Below, in pieces: positions 62,501-64,000 of a stretch of 64,000 nucleotides of DNA (its first letter is position 1; every line of letters starts with the position of its first letter). Source of the stretch: Strigamia acuminata (lineage: Eukaryota). The stretch is taken from the NCBI GenBank assembly GCA_949358305.1, contig OX442314.1:26784001-26848000 (forward strand), in the 5' to 3' direction. A program made the translations under genes and the position numbers. The notes beneath the pieces are model-generated. The model made no database searches. It was given only the letters and a program-made list of their open reading frames with translations, and had not been told where the DNA came from.

Positions 62501-63415
62501 ACCCATTGGTGTATTACTACGCCGCTGATCACGAGTACTGTATTTACGCTGTAACAGCAGTGTGTACCTACTTCTATCTATGCTGTAACAACAGTGTGCA
62601 CCTATCTATGCTGTAACAACAGTGTGCACCTATCTATGCTGTAACAACAGTGTGCACCTATCTATGCTGTAACAACAGTGTGCACCTATCTATGCTGTAA
62701 CAACAGTGTGCACCTATCTATGCTGTAACAACAGTGTGCACCTATCTATGCTGTAACAACAGTGAACACGTATCCATGATATGTAATTGCATCCCTAAGT
62801 ACCCAATTCACTTTAAGCGACGATTTGACAGAACCAAATAATCGCATAAAATGAGGGATACCTTTATTTGCATTTTGAAATAACAGATTTTCTTACTAAA
62901 TTGATAAACAAATAAAACATGCTTACTTGATGTGCTTCTACAAGCTCCAAGTTGTTTAGCATACTTGAATCTAGCCACAACTGAGTGTAATTAAAAGTCT
63001 TGGTAGCACTCTTTATAATCCCTTTCACTGCATTCCCACAATCTAAAAGATCCTCTATGCCACTTTTTATTGGTCGCCAATATGGAGCCAAAGTTGCTGT
63101 ATCTAATCCTGCCAACATTAAGCCAGCTATTTTTAGTTCTTTCGTGTCTTTATATTCAATCTCAACTTTAATTGGGTTAGTCAAGTAGTGTTGCACTCTT
63201 CGGTATGTCTGATAACAACAAATGGTCAAGCAAAGCGTTACTGCAACCAACCATGAAATGCGAACTGCAACGGATTTCTGTTTGTCCAATAATTTATTCA
63301 ATATCGGCAGGGATGTCTTCTCGATTGAACTTGCAATTTCTTTTCTGCAGAGAAGCCGAATGCGATTTTTTTTCATATTGATAATTCTTAAATTTTCGTT
63401 ACGTCTCATAATCAT
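53519..63415 (-). CDS. Divergent DEG/ENaC (pickpocket-like) channel with two fused subunits, copy B, about 824 aa. Exons 63415-62927, 61873-61756, 60776-60700, 59067-58978, 57941-57838, 56415-55578, 55249-55165, 55099-55014, 54513-54412, 54058-53949, 53894-53519
   Basis: TM1a RISWLVAVTLCLTICCYQ..HYLTNPIKV; thumb CYEDCL..CRLPYM..CGCLRPC; TM2a LLVDFGGNLGFSLGLSLLSL; TM1b RLIVLLTNTIIAVYL..YYSEPIKV..MPNIIACN; thumb CHDKCF..CRLPF..CDCRPTC; TM2b LFCDLANAFGLLFGLSLLII. All introns GT-AG, total 2475 nt in frame. Exons 2-3 are the least certain. Confidence 0.85.
57287..57417. mobile_element. Tc1/mariner-type MITE (same family as 35140-35322), nested in a CGCCATTGGAAA-rich element (about 56900-57640)
   Basis: TIRs CAGTCAAAACTCTTTATGACGAATCGC / GCGATTCGTTATAAAGAGTATCGACTG, TA flanks. 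Confidence 0.8.
58229..58893. mobile_element. MITE with palindromic TACGTACGTA subterminal repeats
   Basis: Inverted ends GCCGAGGATATTCTTACGTACGTACGTAAGAATAGC / GCTATTCTTACGTACGTACGTAAGAATAGCCACGGC. Absent from copy A. Confidence 0.8.
59921..60566. mobile_element. Palindromic MITE with a nested pogo-like MITE (59984-60386)
   Basis: Outer arms ACCCTCACTCTAGGCTGGCAATTGAAATTGTGA and its reverse complement. Inner TIRs CCGTCTTCCCCCGAATAT with TA TSD. Confidence 0.85.
60923..61473. mobile_element. MITE with about 60-bp TIRs
   Basis: GAGTTTGCGGTTGCCAATTGTT..TTATAATTATGAGTTACAAGCTCATAATTATAA and its reverse complement. Confidence 0.8.
62548..62764. repeat. 28-bp minisatellite (CTATCTATGCTGTAACAACAGTGTGCAC), about 7 copies
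   Basis: Direct tandem copies, no spacers. Confidence 0.92.
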
Positions 63416-64000
63416 GGTGCTTTTGTAAGTATTGAATTTTTTTTCAGTTTTTTAAATTGTTTTCTGGTAGAAACGCGTTAATTCCACACTGATCTGAAAG
63501 TCTAGTTAGGGAATTTCCTATTAATTAAAACTTGCGTTGATTTTTTTACATCTTTGTAATTAATTTTTTTTTGAAATCTTAATATTTCTAAAAGTTACTG
63601 GCCTTACCCTAAAGCCGCCGCTGACAACGTGCTTCAAATTGTTCGATGAAGTTATTTGTTGTGATAAATCCAGAGCACTTGTCAGTCCAGTTCTATAGCT
63701 TGAAAATAAACACGCATTGGGTAAATTGTGTGTATGCGTATAGGATGTCAGCCGAAGTGTCCCAAGCGGAGAGAATTAATAGATGTTGCTATGGGCTTGT
63801 TGTTGAATGTTTGGTAAGGCGTAATGTTGCATAAAAATGATATTAAAATGTCGTTAATTAAATATTCGAGACAAGCTATTTAATGGCTTTCTTGTTTACA
63901 ACTTTACAGTTTTATGACTGAAAAATTATCAACATTAAAATTAAAAAGGAAGTTTCTTAATGACATGAATTTCCTTTGGCACAAAATAGCTATCAGTAAG

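Noticed and set aside
63416..64000. A third DEG/ENaC domain upstream of copy B
   Set aside because: In-frame stop shortly upstream of an ACCATG start, and no TM2-like sequence seen. Exons beyond the window edge cannot be excluded.

Overview
AT-rich, intron-containing animal (invertebrate, probably arthropod) genomic DNA. It holds the 3' end of a Syd-1/SYDE-type RhoGAP gene (1-1744) and a complete 22-exon patched (Hedgehog receptor) gene (14755-31439). Five perfect and about ten near-consensus Gli/Ci sites lie in and upstream of patched. A transposon-dense region (33.3-63.4 kb) carries two minus-strand copies of a divergent DEG/ENaC (pickpocket-like) channel gene. The intact copy (11 exons, about 824 aa by manual splicing) encodes two complete DEG/ENaC subunits fused in one polypeptide, with the same intron-phase pattern in each half. 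The second copy lacks exons 1-3, and its last exon is interrupted by a hAT element that has captured a DNA polymerase eta fragment. A young Copia element is nested in a DIRS1-type element between the copies. Unrelated intronic minisatellites mostly have units near multiples of about 10.3 bp and often sit where strand composition flips from G/T-rich to C/A-rich. All gene models were spliced by eye and all family calls are from motif recognition; no database searches were run.
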